This document shows, piece after piece, positions 19,136 through 28,493 of a stretch of 64,000 bases of DNA. Origin of the DNA: Candidatus Calditenuis fumarioli (GTDB taxonomy: Archaea; Thermoproteota; Nitrososphaeria_A; Caldarchaeales; Calditenuaceae). The stretch's first letter is position 1, and each line of letters begins with the position of its first letter. Below the pieces are notes generated by a model. That model saw only the letters and a list, made by a program, of their open reading frames with translations. It was not told the origin of the DNA and ran no database searches. The translations under genes and the position numbers were made by a program. The stretch lies in contig JANVYR010000002.1 in NCBI GenBank assembly GCA_030059665.1, positions 128,001-192,000 on the forward strand, in the 5' to 3' direction.

Positions 19136-20454
19136 ACCCACTTCTTGATGGTTTCGAGGTTCGATCCGTCGTACTCGAGGGCTATCTCACAGTCCTCCAG
19201 CCTCCTGACGAGGGTCCACTCGGCCAGAAGACCTGCGTGTGCGAAGAAGTTCCTCCTCATGTTCGCGCTCCCCTTCAGCTGCAGGACCTCGCTCAGGGGC
19301 TTCCTCTCACCCGGCCTCAGGCACGCAGCCCGTTCCCTGATCTGCTCGATCTCGTGCTCGAGGACGTAGCCGTTCAGGTGAAGGTCCTGCTCCTCGTAGA
19401 ACCTCTTCACGGTCCCCAGCAGAGCCCCAATCCTCCCACCGGTCGCCCTGACGGACCTCACCACCCTGCTGAGGTACGCGGACAACCCCGCGATTATGAC
19501 CCACGCGGAGACCTCGCTCCTGAGCACCCTGATCCTGCTAACCCTCAGGACGTCTCCGTCTTTCGAGATCCGCTTCTTCCGCTCGATCCTCTCCAGCGCC
19601 TCCCGCAACGATCGCAGCACCTTCTCTCCGTCGGGCGGGTCGAGGTACGTCAGCAGCAGCGGCACGTTGAACCTCACCGCGTTGAAGGCCAGCTGGGCCC
19701 TGCTCCTCTCGCCCTGCATCGGGCCCATCAGCTCGCTCAGCTCCCGCCTGAGGTCGATGGACTCATCCGGTCTGTCGGCGATGAGCTCCTTTCTGGGTTG
19801 GGGGAAGCTGAAGAAAGCCCTGTGCGACGTCCGCTCCACCTCCACCGGCGTCGTCCTCCCGACGGTCGGCTTCGGGTGGTAAACGGTGTACAGGTCGAGG
19901 CGACCAGATCCCTCCGCGGACTGCCTGATGAACTCCCTGTAGGCGTAGTAGGTTGCCAGCGCCATCTGGAGGGCCAAAAGGTACGCGTTGTGCCCGGTGG
20001 ACGTGCAGAAGTAGAGCTCTTCGTCCCGGTCGAAGGCCTCCGTCATCCCGATCAGCGCGTAGGAGGAGACGTTGTCGATGTAGTTCACGAACTCGACCGT
20101 CGTTTTGCTGTCACGCCTCAGCGGGTAGTTACCCACCCCCTGGAGCACCCTCACCTCGAAGTCCGTTCTCACCAGGTCTAGGTCCCGCAGCCTTCGCTCC
20201 GCCTCCCTCGCAAGCTTCTCCTTGTCCCTCAGAAGCTCCTCGGCCTCTTCCAGCGTCCCTGCCAGATCGGTGACCAGGCTCTCCGGCAAAAGCAGCGTCA
20301 CCGAGCAGTCCTTGCCGTTCTCCCTCAGGTGCTCCACGAGGGCTGAAGCGACGAGCTTGTAGGGGCCGTACCTCCTCCCCTCTATCGAGAAGTGAAGCTC
20401 CCAGTAGCTTTCGTACCCGATGCTCCCGAGTATCTGAACTATCCTCGAGCCCAT
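19117..20454 (-). CDS. csx1: Csx1-type CARF-HEPN ribonuclease (MJ1666/TM1812-like), orphan
   Basis: Start MGSRIVQILG at 20454 (445 aa). Rossmann-like N-terminus with LLLPESL and STGHNAY (CARF TxGxN-type motif), and C-terminal HEPN RNFFAHAG (Rx4H). Confidence 0.8.
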   Translation of the reverse strand: MGSRIVQILGSIGYESYWELHFSIEGRRYGPYKLVASALVEHLRENGKDCSVTLLLPESLVTDLAGTLEEAEELLRDKEKLAREAERRLRDLDLVRTDFEVRVLQGVGNYPLRRDSKTTVEFVNYIDNVSSYALIGMTEAFDRDEELYFCTSTGHNAYLLALQMALATYYAYREFIRQSAEGSGRLDLYTVYHPKPTVGRTTPVEVERTSHRAFFSFPQPRKELIADRPDESIDLRRELSELMGPMQGERSRAQLAFNAVRFNVPLLLTYLDPPDGEKVLRSLREALERIERKKRISKDGDVLRVSRIRVLRSEVSAWVIIAGLSAYLSRVVRSVRATGGRIGALLGTVKRFYEEQDLHLNGYVLEHEIEQIRERAACLRPGERKPLSEVLQLKGSANMRRNFFAHAGLLAEWTLVRRLEDCEIALEYDGSNLETIKKWVQNPVA

Positions 20455-20496
20455 CCCGCTTCGCGTAAATTTCTCCAATAGATAATCTGCGGAGGG

Positions 20497-21381
20497 TTGG
20501 GAGCGCCGCTCGCGCGGTTCAGGTTCGTCCCCCGGGAGGTCCCGTTGCTGACCTCTGACGTGGCGGTTGACCTGCTCGAGGCCCTGTCGTCGGGCAGGAG
20601 CCACGCGCGGACGAGCCTCGACCTCTGGATCGGCGAGGTGACGGTGAAGCTCGAGGGTGAGACCGCCCTGATCGGAGGGGTTGTCGTAACGAGGAGCGAG
20701 CTCGAGGAGGTGGCCAAGGACGACAGGACCGTCTTCGCCGTGACCGACTCCGGCCTCCTTCCCGTCGAGGTCAGGTCCGATCGCTACTACAAGCTGGTCA
20801 ACACGGGAAGGGGTCACGCTCCGACCCTCGAGATCGACGGGATCCACATGCACCGCGTCGCTGAGGTAAAGCCCGAGCGGGACGCTGCGATGAAGGTGGC
20901 GCTTCTGGGGAGGCTGCGGGGCAAGCGTGTGCTGGACACCTGCACCGGGCTCGGTTACACCGCCATCGAGGCCCTCAAGAGGGGGGCCTCAGAGGTGGTC
21001 ACGGTCGAGGTCGACCCGAACGTCCTCTCCCTCGCGGAGCTCAACCCATGGTCCAGAGGCCTCTCCGACGATAGGATCAAGGTCCTTCAGGGCGACGTCT
21101 CGGAGCTCATCAGGTCCTTTGAGGACGGTTCGTTCGATGCCGTCGTCCACGACCCTCCGAGGTTCTCCCTCGCTGGCGAGCTCTACGGCCTCGAGTTCTA
21201 CCGGGAGCTCTCCCGGGTCCTCAGGAGGGGAGGGGTCGTCGTCCACTACGTCGGGAAGCCCGGTCACCTCTCCGGCAAGCGGATCCACGTCGGCGTCATG
21301 AGGCGCATGAGGGAGGCGGGGTTCTCGGTCCGGTGGGTCGAGCGCGTCGAGGCCGTCGTGGGCTTGAAGGTCGCCGGCTGA
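20497..21381 (+). CDS. Archaeal SAM-dependent methyltransferase (COG2521-like)
   Basis: PTLEIDGIHMH, VLDTCTGLGYTA and HDPPRFSLAGELY. Confidence 0.85.
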   Translation: MGAPLARFRFVPREVPLLTSDVAVDLLEALSSGRSHARTSLDLWIGEVTVKLEGETALIGGVVVTRSELEEVAKDDRTVFAVTDSGLLPVEVRSDRYYKLVNTGRGHAPTLEIDGIHMHRVAEVKPERDAAMKVALLGRLRGKRVLDTCTGLGYTAIEALKRGASEVVTVEVDPNVLSLAELNPWSRGLSDDRIKVLQGDVSELIRSFEDGSFDAVVHDPPRFSLAGELYGLEFYRELSRVLRRGGVVVHYVGKPGHLSGKRIHVGVMRRMREAGFSVRWVERVEAVVGLKVAG

Positions 21382-21470
21382 GCGGGGCATGATGGATCGC
21401 AACCGCGTTGGCTGTTCAGGCGAGGTAGCGACGGGTTAGATTAATCGGCGTGTCGTGACTGGGGACCGGT

Positions 21471-21871
21471 GTGGCGTCCGGGTACGAGGCCGGCAGACAT
21501 TTCCTGAGGAGGCGGGCCCTCGCCTTCCTAGAGGACGCTAAGTCCGACTTCGCAAGGGGCGAGTACGACCTGGTCCTCTTCCACGTGGAGCAGTTCATGC
21601 AGCTCTACCTCAAACACCTCCTCTACCTCAAGCTCGGCGACTTCCCCAAGACCCATTCTCCATCGGATCTCTTCAGGCTCCTGGCCAGCGCCTACGAACG
21701 GGAGTCGGTTATGGATTTTTACTGCCGGAACTTGGAGTGATCGCGTTGCTGGAGGACGCCTACATCAGCTCGAGGTACCTCCCCAGGAGCTTCAGCAGGG
21801 AGGTGGCCGAGCGGGCCCTGACCTTCGCGGAGAGGTTGCTGGAGGTGTTCTCATGGCTGGAGGGGAGCTGA
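21471..21871 (+). pseudogene. Frameshifted HEPN gene, pair 3
   Basis: Frame 1 stops at 21738-21740 (…RNLE*). The -1 frame from 21737 continues VIALLEDAYISSRYLPRSFSREVAERALTFAERLLEVFSWLEGS* to 21871, the expected HEPN C-terminus. One G appears to be missing at GAG|TGA. Confidence 0.82.
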
Positions 21872-22206
21872 TCGACCTGCTGCTGAAGCTGAGGGAGGAG
21901 AAGAGGCGCTACTACTCAGACCCGTTGCGCTACGCCAGAAAGATCAGGGACGTGGTCAGGTCGCTCGACCCCCATGCGCTCGTGTTCCTCTTCGGCAGCT
22001 TCGTGAGGGGCACCATGAGGCCCGACAGCGACATCGACGTCCTCGTCGTCACCAGCATGGCGGCCGACGTCTGGAAGAGGGTCAGGGTCATGGTCGAGGT
22101 GAAGAGGGCGATAGGTGACCTGGCACCGTTCCAGATCCACGTCGTCACCCCCGAGGAACTCGAGGGATGGTACAGACGCTTCATCGACGCGATGGTGGAG
22201 GTGTAG
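21853..22206 (+). CDS. Minimal nucleotidyltransferase (MNT), pair 3
   Basis: FGSFVRGTMRPDSDIDVLVV. Overlaps the HEPN end. Confidence 0.88.
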   Translation: MAGGELIDLLLKLREEKRRYYSDPLRYARKIRDVVRSLDPHALVFLFGSFVRGTMRPDSDIDVLVVTSMAADVWKRVRVMVEVKRAIGDLAPFQIHVVTPEELEGWYRRFIDAMVEV

Positions 22207-22517
22207 ATCGAAAACGCAGGTCTCATTGGCGCTTAACCTCGCGATTCCCCTTCCTCGTCCGGCTACGCCTCGATGTCGTCCTACAGTCCTTCGGTTTTGA
22301 CGGGCTGAGCGATGCGATTTCTCCTCCCGACGACGGGTATCAGCCCCTCGTCCCGTGCGCCGCTACACCCAAGAACTCTCCCGATGCCGACCTTTCGGAT
22401 CCGCAGGAGACCAAGGTTCGGCCCTTGCCCTTCACAGCTGAAACCCTCGGTCACGGCACCCGGGTTGCAACAGGGATCGATGGACGTTTTAAGAGTCGGG
22501 AAGACGATGTGAAAGCG

Positions 22518-23945
22518 ATGTCCTCTTCCCAGGGTTCGAGACCTCTCAGGATCGAGCGCGACACGCTGGGCGAGATGTACGTTCCCGCGGACGCTTACTA
22601 CGGTGCCCAGACCGCGAGGGCCGTCGACAACTTCCCCATCTCGGGCCTCAGGTTCCCTCGCCAGTTCATCAGGGCCTTCGGGCTGATCAAGTACGCCGCG
22701 GCCAGGGCGAACGTCCGGCTCGGCCTCCTCGACGAGAGGAGGGGCAACGCGATCATGCAGGCCGCCATGGAGGTGGCTGAGGGCAAGCTCGACGACCAGT
22801 TCGTGGTGGACGTCTACCAGACCGGCAGCGGTACCTCAACGAACATGAACGTCAACGAGGTGATCGCCGCAAGGGCCAACGAGATCCTGACAGGTGTTAG
22901 GTCTGCGAAGGGAGAGGTTCACCCAAACGACCACGTCAACATGGGCCAGTCTACAAACGACGTCTTCCCCACCGCGATCCAGGTGGCTGGGGCCCTCTCG
23001 ATTAAGGAGGAGCTGCTGCCCTCGCTGAGGACGCTCCTCGAGGAGCTGGAGCGGAAGGCCTCCGAGTTCGAGGACGTCGTCAAGTCCGGCAGGACCCACC
23101 TCCAGGACGCCCTTCCTGTGACGCTCGGCCAGGAGTTCGGTTCCTACGCCTCCCTCGTCAGGAGGTCCATCGCCTCCGTCGAGGTCGGCCTCAAAGCGCT
23201 CCTGGAGCTCCCGATCGGCGGTACCGCGGTCGGCACCGGTCTGAACAGGCACCCGGACTTCGCGAGGTTGGTCTGCGAGGAGCTCTCACGCCTGACCGGC
23301 CTGGAGTTCAGGGAGGCTCCGGACAGGTTCGAGCTGATGGGCGCTATGTCGGCCGTGGTCCAGGCCTCCGGATCGCTCAGGATGGTCGCTCATGCCCTCC
23401 TCAAGATAGTGAAGGACCTGAGGTTGATGGGTTCGGGGCCCAACACCGGCTTCGCCGAGATCGAGATACCCGCCGTCCAGCCGGGCTCCTCCATCATGCC
23501 CGGTAAGGTCAACCCGGTCATCCCGGAGGCGGTCGGTCTAATCGCCGTCAAGGTGATCGCCAACGACGTCTCGGTTCTCCTCGCGGCCCAGCTCGGAGAG
23601 CTCGAGCTCAACATGGGCATGCCCCTGATCGCTTACGACTTCCTCCACTCGATCCAGATCCTCGCCAGCGGCTCGAGGGTCCTCGCGAAGAAGTGCATTG
23701 CCGGGATCGTCGCCAACGTGGAGAGGTGCAGGGAGCTCGCGGAGTCCTCGCCGGCGCTCGTCACCGTGGTCGCTCCCATCGTAGGCTACGACAAGGCCGC
23801 GGTCATCGCGAAGAGGGTCCTTGAGCAGCGGAGGTCGATCAAGGAGGTGATGGTCGAGGAGCTCGGCCTCCCGAGGGAGGAGGTGGACAGGTTGCTGGAC
23901 TTGAAGAAGCTCACGCGGCCCGGGATACCTGCGAAGGCGGTATGA
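22518..23945 (+). CDS. fumC: Class II fumarate hydratase (aspartase/fumarase family)
   Basis: Start MSSSQGSRPLRIERDTLGE. YYGAQT, QTGSGTSTNMN, KSGRTHLQDA and signature GSSIMPGKVNP. Aspartase not excluded. Confidence 0.85.
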   Translation: MSSSQGSRPLRIERDTLGEMYVPADAYYGAQTARAVDNFPISGLRFPRQFIRAFGLIKYAAARANVRLGLLDERRGNAIMQAAMEVAEGKLDDQFVVDVYQTGSGTSTNMNVNEVIAARANEILTGVRSAKGEVHPNDHVNMGQSTNDVFPTAIQVAGALSIKEELLPSLRTLLEELERKASEFEDVVKSGRTHLQDALPVTLGQEFGSYASLVRRSIASVEVGLKALLELPIGGTAVGTGLNRHPDFARLVCEELSRLTGLEFREAPDRFELMGAMSAVVQASGSLRMVAHALLKIVKDLRLMGSGPNTGFAEIEIPAVQPGSSIMPGKVNPVIPEAVGLIAVKVIANDVSVLLAAQLGELELNMGMPLIAYDFLHSIQILASGSRVLAKKCIAGIVANVERCRELAESSPALVTVVAPIVGYDKAAVIAKRVLEQRRSIKEVMVEELGLPREEVDRLLDLKKLTRPGIPAKAV

Positions 23946-24027
23946 CGCAAGTTAAGCGTTGTGACGTTGTAGTATCGTAGTATTATCATAAAGGATAAGT
24001 GTGCGTGTGTGTATGTAGTGTGTGCCA

Positions 24028-24480
24028 ATGAGCATCGTCTTGCCGAAGCACTTATTGTCGAATTTCGAGGAGCACATTCGGTCCGCTCAATGGATTCTGG
24101 AGAACATCCCCGAGGAGAGGTTGCGCGAGGAGAGCGTTAAGAGGGCCATAGCTGCCGCGCGGAGGCTGACGCTCGTATCCCCTGACGAGGTCCAACAGCG
24201 GGTCGTGGAGGAGGCCGAGAAGCTGAGGGAGCTGATGCCCCAGATAACCCAGCTCGTTGACCTCGTATCGCGGGTCATGACGCTGTCCATGCTGTTGATC
24301 CTCCTCGCTGCGCTGAAGGAGCTGAGGGACGGCGAGCACGGCGGTGACGTCGCGGAGTCGATATCACTTGACATGATGCAGGAGGTCGAGTGGGCTCAGA
24401 AAAACGAGGTGAGCCTCGATCAGCTGAGGAGCGCCCTCGATGAGAAGATTGAGGAGATAACGCGCGTCTTCGGAGGATAG
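24028..24480 (+). CDS. Hypothetical all-helical protein
   Basis: About 150 aa ORF behind an AT-rich promoter-like stretch. No recognised motif. Confidence 0.55.
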   Translation: MSIVLPKHLLSNFEEHIRSAQWILENIPEERLREESVKRAIAAARRLTLVSPDEVQQRVVEEAEKLRELMPQITQLVDLVSRVMTLSMLLILLAALKELRDGEHGGDVAESISLDMMQEVEWAQKNEVSLDQLRSALDEKIEEITRVFGG

Positions 24481-24487
24481 TCCGTTC

Positions 24488-25021
24488 TCACTCACGACAG
24501 TCTTCGAGCAGCTCGCTGACCTTCTCGTCAACCGCCTTCTGCCTACTGATCCGGTGCAAAAGCGCAGCAGGGATGGCTGAGATTTTGAATCGGTCCACGA
24601 GGTGCCGCGGATCCCGAGCGAAATCCGGGACCTCCTCTTCGAGCACCGCGTCCAATGATATAGGAACAGTTCCCCTGCTAATTTTTCTCTCGAAGTCCCG
24701 CGCGTTGGTCCTCGTTTTGATCAAGGGAGCGTGATGGCGCCCCTCGAAGAACGCGGTAACCGGTTCAGCGAGGTCCGGCGCTTCGTAGACCTTCCAAATG
24801 AAGTGTCTGCGGACGCAAACGAACCTCAGGTCTGAGTCACAGAAAATCAGAATGATGGGTTCCCAGTCAGGCCATGGGTAAAACCCATCCCTCTCCCATA
24901 CGAACCAGTAAATGGAGTACGAGTTTCCCGACTCGACCTTTATACCACTGAAACTGCTGGCCTCGGCCGTCTCCATATAAGCCCTGATCCTCAAGTCAGT
25001 TAGCATTGAATTATTGGACAT
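24488..25021 (-). CDS. Hypothetical protein (lower-GC codon usage)
   Basis: 177-aa ORF with aromatic-rich YWFVWERDGFYPWPDWEPII. Family not recognised. Confidence 0.55.
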   Translation of the reverse strand: MSNNSMLTDLRIRAYMETAEASSFSGIKVESGNSYSIYWFVWERDGFYPWPDWEPIILIFCDSDLRFVCVRRHFIWKVYEAPDLAEPVTAFFEGRHHAPLIKTRTNARDFERKISRGTVPISLDAVLEEEVPDFARDPRHLVDRFKISAIPAALLHRISRQKAVDEKVSELLEDCRE

Positions 25022-25275
25022 CCATGGCCGGTCGTTACATCTTTTATTTAGACAATACTTTTCAAAAGGGCAGGCATCACATGACCTTATTCACCTGTAG
25101 CATAAACGCCGAAAAAGTCTTCGAGGACTTCCTCCATGTCCTCAACCTCACAGGGTGCAGGATTCCAGCCAAGGTCCTCGGCAAGTAGCGCAAGCTCAGC
25201 TCTGATCGGAATCTCGGTTCGCTGGACGCGTCATCGCTTTCCCCTTGTGAAAGTCAAGACGTTTCCGGCTTCGGC

Positions 25276-25989
25276 TCAGAGCTCCTCCACGACCATCGGT
25301 GTCAGGTCACCGCTCCACTTCAGCACCCACACCTTCCTCTCCTTAGCCAGCTCTATCGCCTCCGGTGTTGCGTAGTCCGCGTAGATCACCTTGATCAGCC
25401 TCCTCCTCAGCATATCCGGCCTCTTGGCCTTCAACAGCTCCACCTTCTTGATCAGCTCCTCTACCAGGTTTGTTCCCAGCCTGACGGTCGCCTCGCCTAT
25501 TACGCAGAGGTCTCCGTCAGTACCGTACAGGTCGATCTCCGTCGCGTCGACGAACGCCCTCCCCAACCGGATGTCAACCCCGAGCCTCTCCCTGACGTTG
25601 TGTCTGATGAAGCTCGCGGCCTCCTCCTCGACGCTTATCGTGAGCCTCTCGAGGGTGACCGACATCCTGTTGATCGTCTTCCGCATGTCCCTGACCTCTT
25701 CCCAGAGCCTGTTCTGCCCTTCCCTTAGGGCCTTCACTTCCTCCCAAAGTTTGTTTTGGTTCTCCTCGAGGCGCTTCACGCTCTCCCACAACCTGTTAGT
25801 GTTCTCCCACAGTCTGTTCTGGTTCTCCTCCAGCCTGTCGAGCCTCTTCAGCATCTCGACTATGTGGGACTCGTGTCTGTCGAGCCTCTTCAGTACCTCC
25901 AGTATCCCTATCCTGCCGGCGACCGCGTACCTGAACTCCTCGTCCTCCTCGAGGAGCCGCAGGAACTCCCTCTTCAGGTCGGCCGTCAA
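25276..25989 (-). CDS. Coiled-coil + PD-(D/E)XK-like nuclease protein, paralog A
   Basis: LKREFLRLLEEDEEFRYAVAG head, NQNRLWE repeats, and EIDLYG...IGEAT tail. Probable TTG start at 25989; TATA-like CTTTATTG at 26020-26027 on the minus strand. Confidence 0.78.
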   Translation of the reverse strand: MTADLKREFLRLLEEDEEFRYAVAGRIGILEVLKRLDRHESHIVEMLKRLDRLEENQNRLWENTNRLWESVKRLEENQNKLWEEVKALREGQNRLWEEVRDMRKTINRMSVTLERLTISVEEEAASFIRHNVRERLGVDIRLGRAFVDATEIDLYGTDGDLCVIGEATVRLGTNLVEELIKKVELLKAKRPDMLRRRLIKVIYADYATPEAIELAKERKVWVLKWSGDLTPMVVEEL

Positions 25990-26066
25990 TTCCTCCCCAT
26001 TGGCGATCCCCGTCGGCTGCAATAAAGGTGCCTCGGTGTGATGCGATGCCGGTGTTCGGACTCGAT

Positions 26067-26336
26067 TCAGGGCTTGATCCGGAGCAGGCTTCCCTGCCCC
26101 AGCCCGGGGACCTCCTGACCGGACTTGAGCGCCTCGAACTCGACCACCAGCACGTCCTCAAGGGCCTCCGTCACGGATCCTTTCCAGGGCCTTCCGTTGT
26201 AGTCGACGTAGACCGCCTCCTTACCCACCAATTTCGCGAGCTCCTCTCCGGTGATTCCCGAGGTCGGCTGGACCAACACCCTCTCCTGCTCGTCGAACCC
26301 GACCACTATGGCATCCAGCTCCTCCGCTTCCGACAT
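26067..26336 (-). CDS. Small beta-barrel protein resembling ribosomal L35Ae (acidic, divergent)
   Basis: MSEAEELDAIVVGF...EELAKLVGKEAVYVDYNGRPWKGSV...VPGLGQGSLLRI aligns by eye to the L35Ae pattern EEASKLIG..V.W..PSGK..KGKI...LPGQALG. Confidence 0.45.
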   Translation of the reverse strand: MSEAEELDAIVVGFDEQERVLVQPTSGITGEELAKLVGKEAVYVDYNGRPWKGSVTEALEDVLVVEFEALKSGQEVPGLGQGSLLRIKP

Positions 26337-26390
26337 CGGCCCACCAGTCCTCACAGACCTTAAAAATGTAAGACCGTTCTCGGCCAGCAG

Positions 26391-26756
26391 ATGGTCGAGT
26401 CGAGGGCTCTGAGGAGGACGAAGAGGAAGGTCACCGTCGAGAACCTCTGGCTCTACGTCGTGTCGATCCTCCTCGAGCGGCCGAGGTACGGGTACGAGCT
26501 GGTCGAGGAGATACACCGGCGCTTCGGCTTCAGGCCCAGCAGGATCACCTGCTACGTCGTCCTCTACCGCCTCGAGAGGGAGGGGCTCATCAGGTCCTCC
26601 GGTGCGACGCGCTCCGGCAGCGGCGGGGCCAGGGTCTACTACGAGGTCACGGATCTGGGGAGGAGGGAGTTCAAGGCCGCCCTCGATTACATCGAGAGGC
26701 TCCTCAGCGCCATGCGGTCATCGTTGAGGGGCAGCGAAGCGGGTCAAGGAGGTTAA
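26391..26756 (+). CDS. PadR family transcriptional regulator
   Basis: [20 protein letters not shown] and [11 protein letters not shown]. Confidence 0.88.
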   Translation: MVESRALRRTKRKVTVENLWLYVVSILLERPRYGYELVEEIHRRFGFRPSRITCYVVLYRLEREGLIRSSGATRSGSGGARVYYEVTDLGRREFKAALDYIERLLSAMRSSLRGSEAGQGG

Positions 26757-26787
26757 TCATTATATAGTATTTTATGGGCGTAAAACC

Positions 26788-27867
26788 GTGCCGAAGGTCA
26801 GGGTCGCGATAATCGGTGTGGGGAACTGCGCATCCGCGCTCGTTCAGGGCGTCCATTACTACGCGGGCGCCGACGACCACGAGGAGGTACCGGGGCTGAT
26901 GCACGTCAGGCTCGGAGGCTACCACGTCGGTGACATAGAGTTCGTGGCGGCCTTCGACGTCGACAGGAGGAAGGTCGGGAAGGACCTCTCCGAGGCGATC
27001 TTCTCACCGCCGAACAACACGCTCCGCTTCGCGGAGGTCCCGAGGCTGGGCGTCGAGGTGATGCGTGGGCCTACGCTGGACGGCCTCGGCAGGTACCTGA
27101 AAGGGGAGGTGGAGGAGCACGAGGGGCCAGCGGTGGACGTGAGGGACGTCCTGAAGAGCGCCGGTGCCGACGTCACGATCAACTTCCTCCCCGTAGGTAG
27201 CGAGCGGGCCACGCGGTTCTACGCCTCCGAGTCCCTCTCCGCAGGGGTCGGGCTGGTCAACGCCATCCCGGTCTTCATCGCGAGCGACCCGGAGTGGCAG
27301 AGGGCCTTCGAGGATCGGAACGTGCCCCTCGTCGGCGACGACATCAAGAGCCAGGTGGGAGCGACGATACTCCACAGGACGCTCGTCCAGCTCTTCGAGG
27401 ACAGGGGAGGCGTCATCGACAGGACATACCAGCTCAACTTCGGCGGGAACACCGACTTCCTGAACATGCTCGAGCGGGAGCGGCTCTCCTCCAAGAAGAG
27501 GTCCAAGACCCAGGCCGTCACCTCCCTCTTCGGCTCCCCGATCGCGGCCGAGAACGTCCACATAGGCCCGAGCGATTACGTCCCCTGGCTCCAGGACCGC
27601 AAGGTCGCCTACATCCGTCTCGAGGGGAGGGTCTTCGGTGACGCTCCGGTAACCGTTGAGGTGAGGCTGGAGGTCTGGGACTCGCCCAACGCGGCCGGCG
27701 TCGCGGTCGACGCTATCAGGTGCGTCAAGCTCGCGAAGGACAGGGGGGTTGGCGGCGTCCTTTACTCGCCATCGGCCTACCTGATGAAGTCACCGCCAGT
27801 CCAGTATCCTGACCACGTCGCACGGCAGATGATCGAGGAGTTCATCGAGGGCAAGAGGCTGCGCTGA
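26788..27867 (+). CDS. ino1: Myo-inositol-1-phosphate synthase
   Basis: [45 protein letters not shown] and WDSPNAAG. Confidence 0.95.
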   Translation: MPKVRVAIIGVGNCASALVQGVHYYAGADDHEEVPGLMHVRLGGYHVGDIEFVAAFDVDRRKVGKDLSEAIFSPPNNTLRFAEVPRLGVEVMRGPTLDGLGRYLKGEVEEHEGPAVDVRDVLKSAGADVTINFLPVGSERATRFYASESLSAGVGLVNAIPVFIASDPEWQRAFEDRNVPLVGDDIKSQVGATILHRTLVQLFEDRGGVIDRTYQLNFGGNTDFLNMLERERLSSKKRSKTQAVTSLFGSPIAAENVHIGPSDYVPWLQDRKVAYIRLEGRVFGDAPVTVEVRLEVWDSPNAAGVAVDAIRCVKLAKDRGVGGVLYSPSAYLMKSPPVQYPDHVARQMIEEFIEGKRLR

Positions 27868-27890
27868 AAGACCCCGTGGTCTTTTGGGGC
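27868..27890 (+). terminator. Hairpin plus T-run after ino1
   Basis: AAGACC-CCGT-GGTCTT stem-loop with TTTT immediately after the TGA. Confidence 0.45.
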
Positions 27891-28016
27891 GGGGTCATCG
27901 GGGTCAGCGGTTCCGTGGGAGCTTCATCGCTCACCCCTAGCCAAGCCTATCATCCCCCTCTCCCCGCCATACGACCTTCCGCGCGGTGAAAAAGTTCAGC
28001 GTCGACGCAATGGGCG

Positions 28017-28370
28017 TTACACCGTGAGTGTCCTCATAGGCCTCAGCTCCCTCCTGGAGGGGTCCAGCACGAGCCCGAAGACCTCGAGGGTCACCGCGCC
28101 CAACAGGTTCCCGTCGCCCGGCTCCCTCAGCACTACGGGCGTGTGCCTCTCGCCGTAGCCAGGCTGCTCGAGGAGGGACTCCGAGACGCGCCGCCTGATC
28201 GCCGTGCCGTCCGCCAGCAAGAACTCCGTCTCCACCTTCGGTTCGGGCCCAAGTTCCTTCCAGATGGGCTCCGAGAGGACGGTGTAGGTGGCTCCCGAGT
28301 CCACGAGGAACCTGACCCTGACGGCCCTGCCTTCGCGCCTGACCACGCCCTCCACGCAGACCAGCCCCAT
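28017..28370 (-). CDS. Clan AA (retropepsin-like) aspartyl protease
   Basis: FLVDSGATYTVL and NLLGAVTLE motifs, single domain. Confidence 0.85.
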   Translation of the reverse strand: MGLVCVEGVVRREGRAVRVRFLVDSGATYTVLSEPIWKELGPEPKVETEFLLADGTAIRRRVSESLLEQPGYGERHTPVVLREPGDGNLLGAVTLEVFGLVLDPSRRELRPMRTLTV

Positions 28371-28493
28371 TCTCCCCGTTTTCTACGACCCTCGAGTGAG
28401 CGGTGAGGTTGGTGATGCCCTCCCGTTGCGTGTCTCGTCCCTCCGCTCCAGCAACCCCGCGAAAAGGTTTTCCCGCCGCCAGAGAACGGTTCC

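Noticed and set aside
19117-20853. 578-aa version of Csx1
   Set aside because: The extra 133 residues overlap the divergent methyltransferase gene; ATG at 20454 gives a normal-sized Csx1.
22210-22517. Possible small gene or RNA upstream of fumC
   Set aside because: No frame gives a recognisable protein and no RNA motif was recognised; the fumC extension in the track lacks family features.
28017-28370. Retropepsin as a sign of a retroelement
   Set aside because: No RT, integrase or gag-like neighbour is present; stand-alone clan AA proteases are common in archaea.
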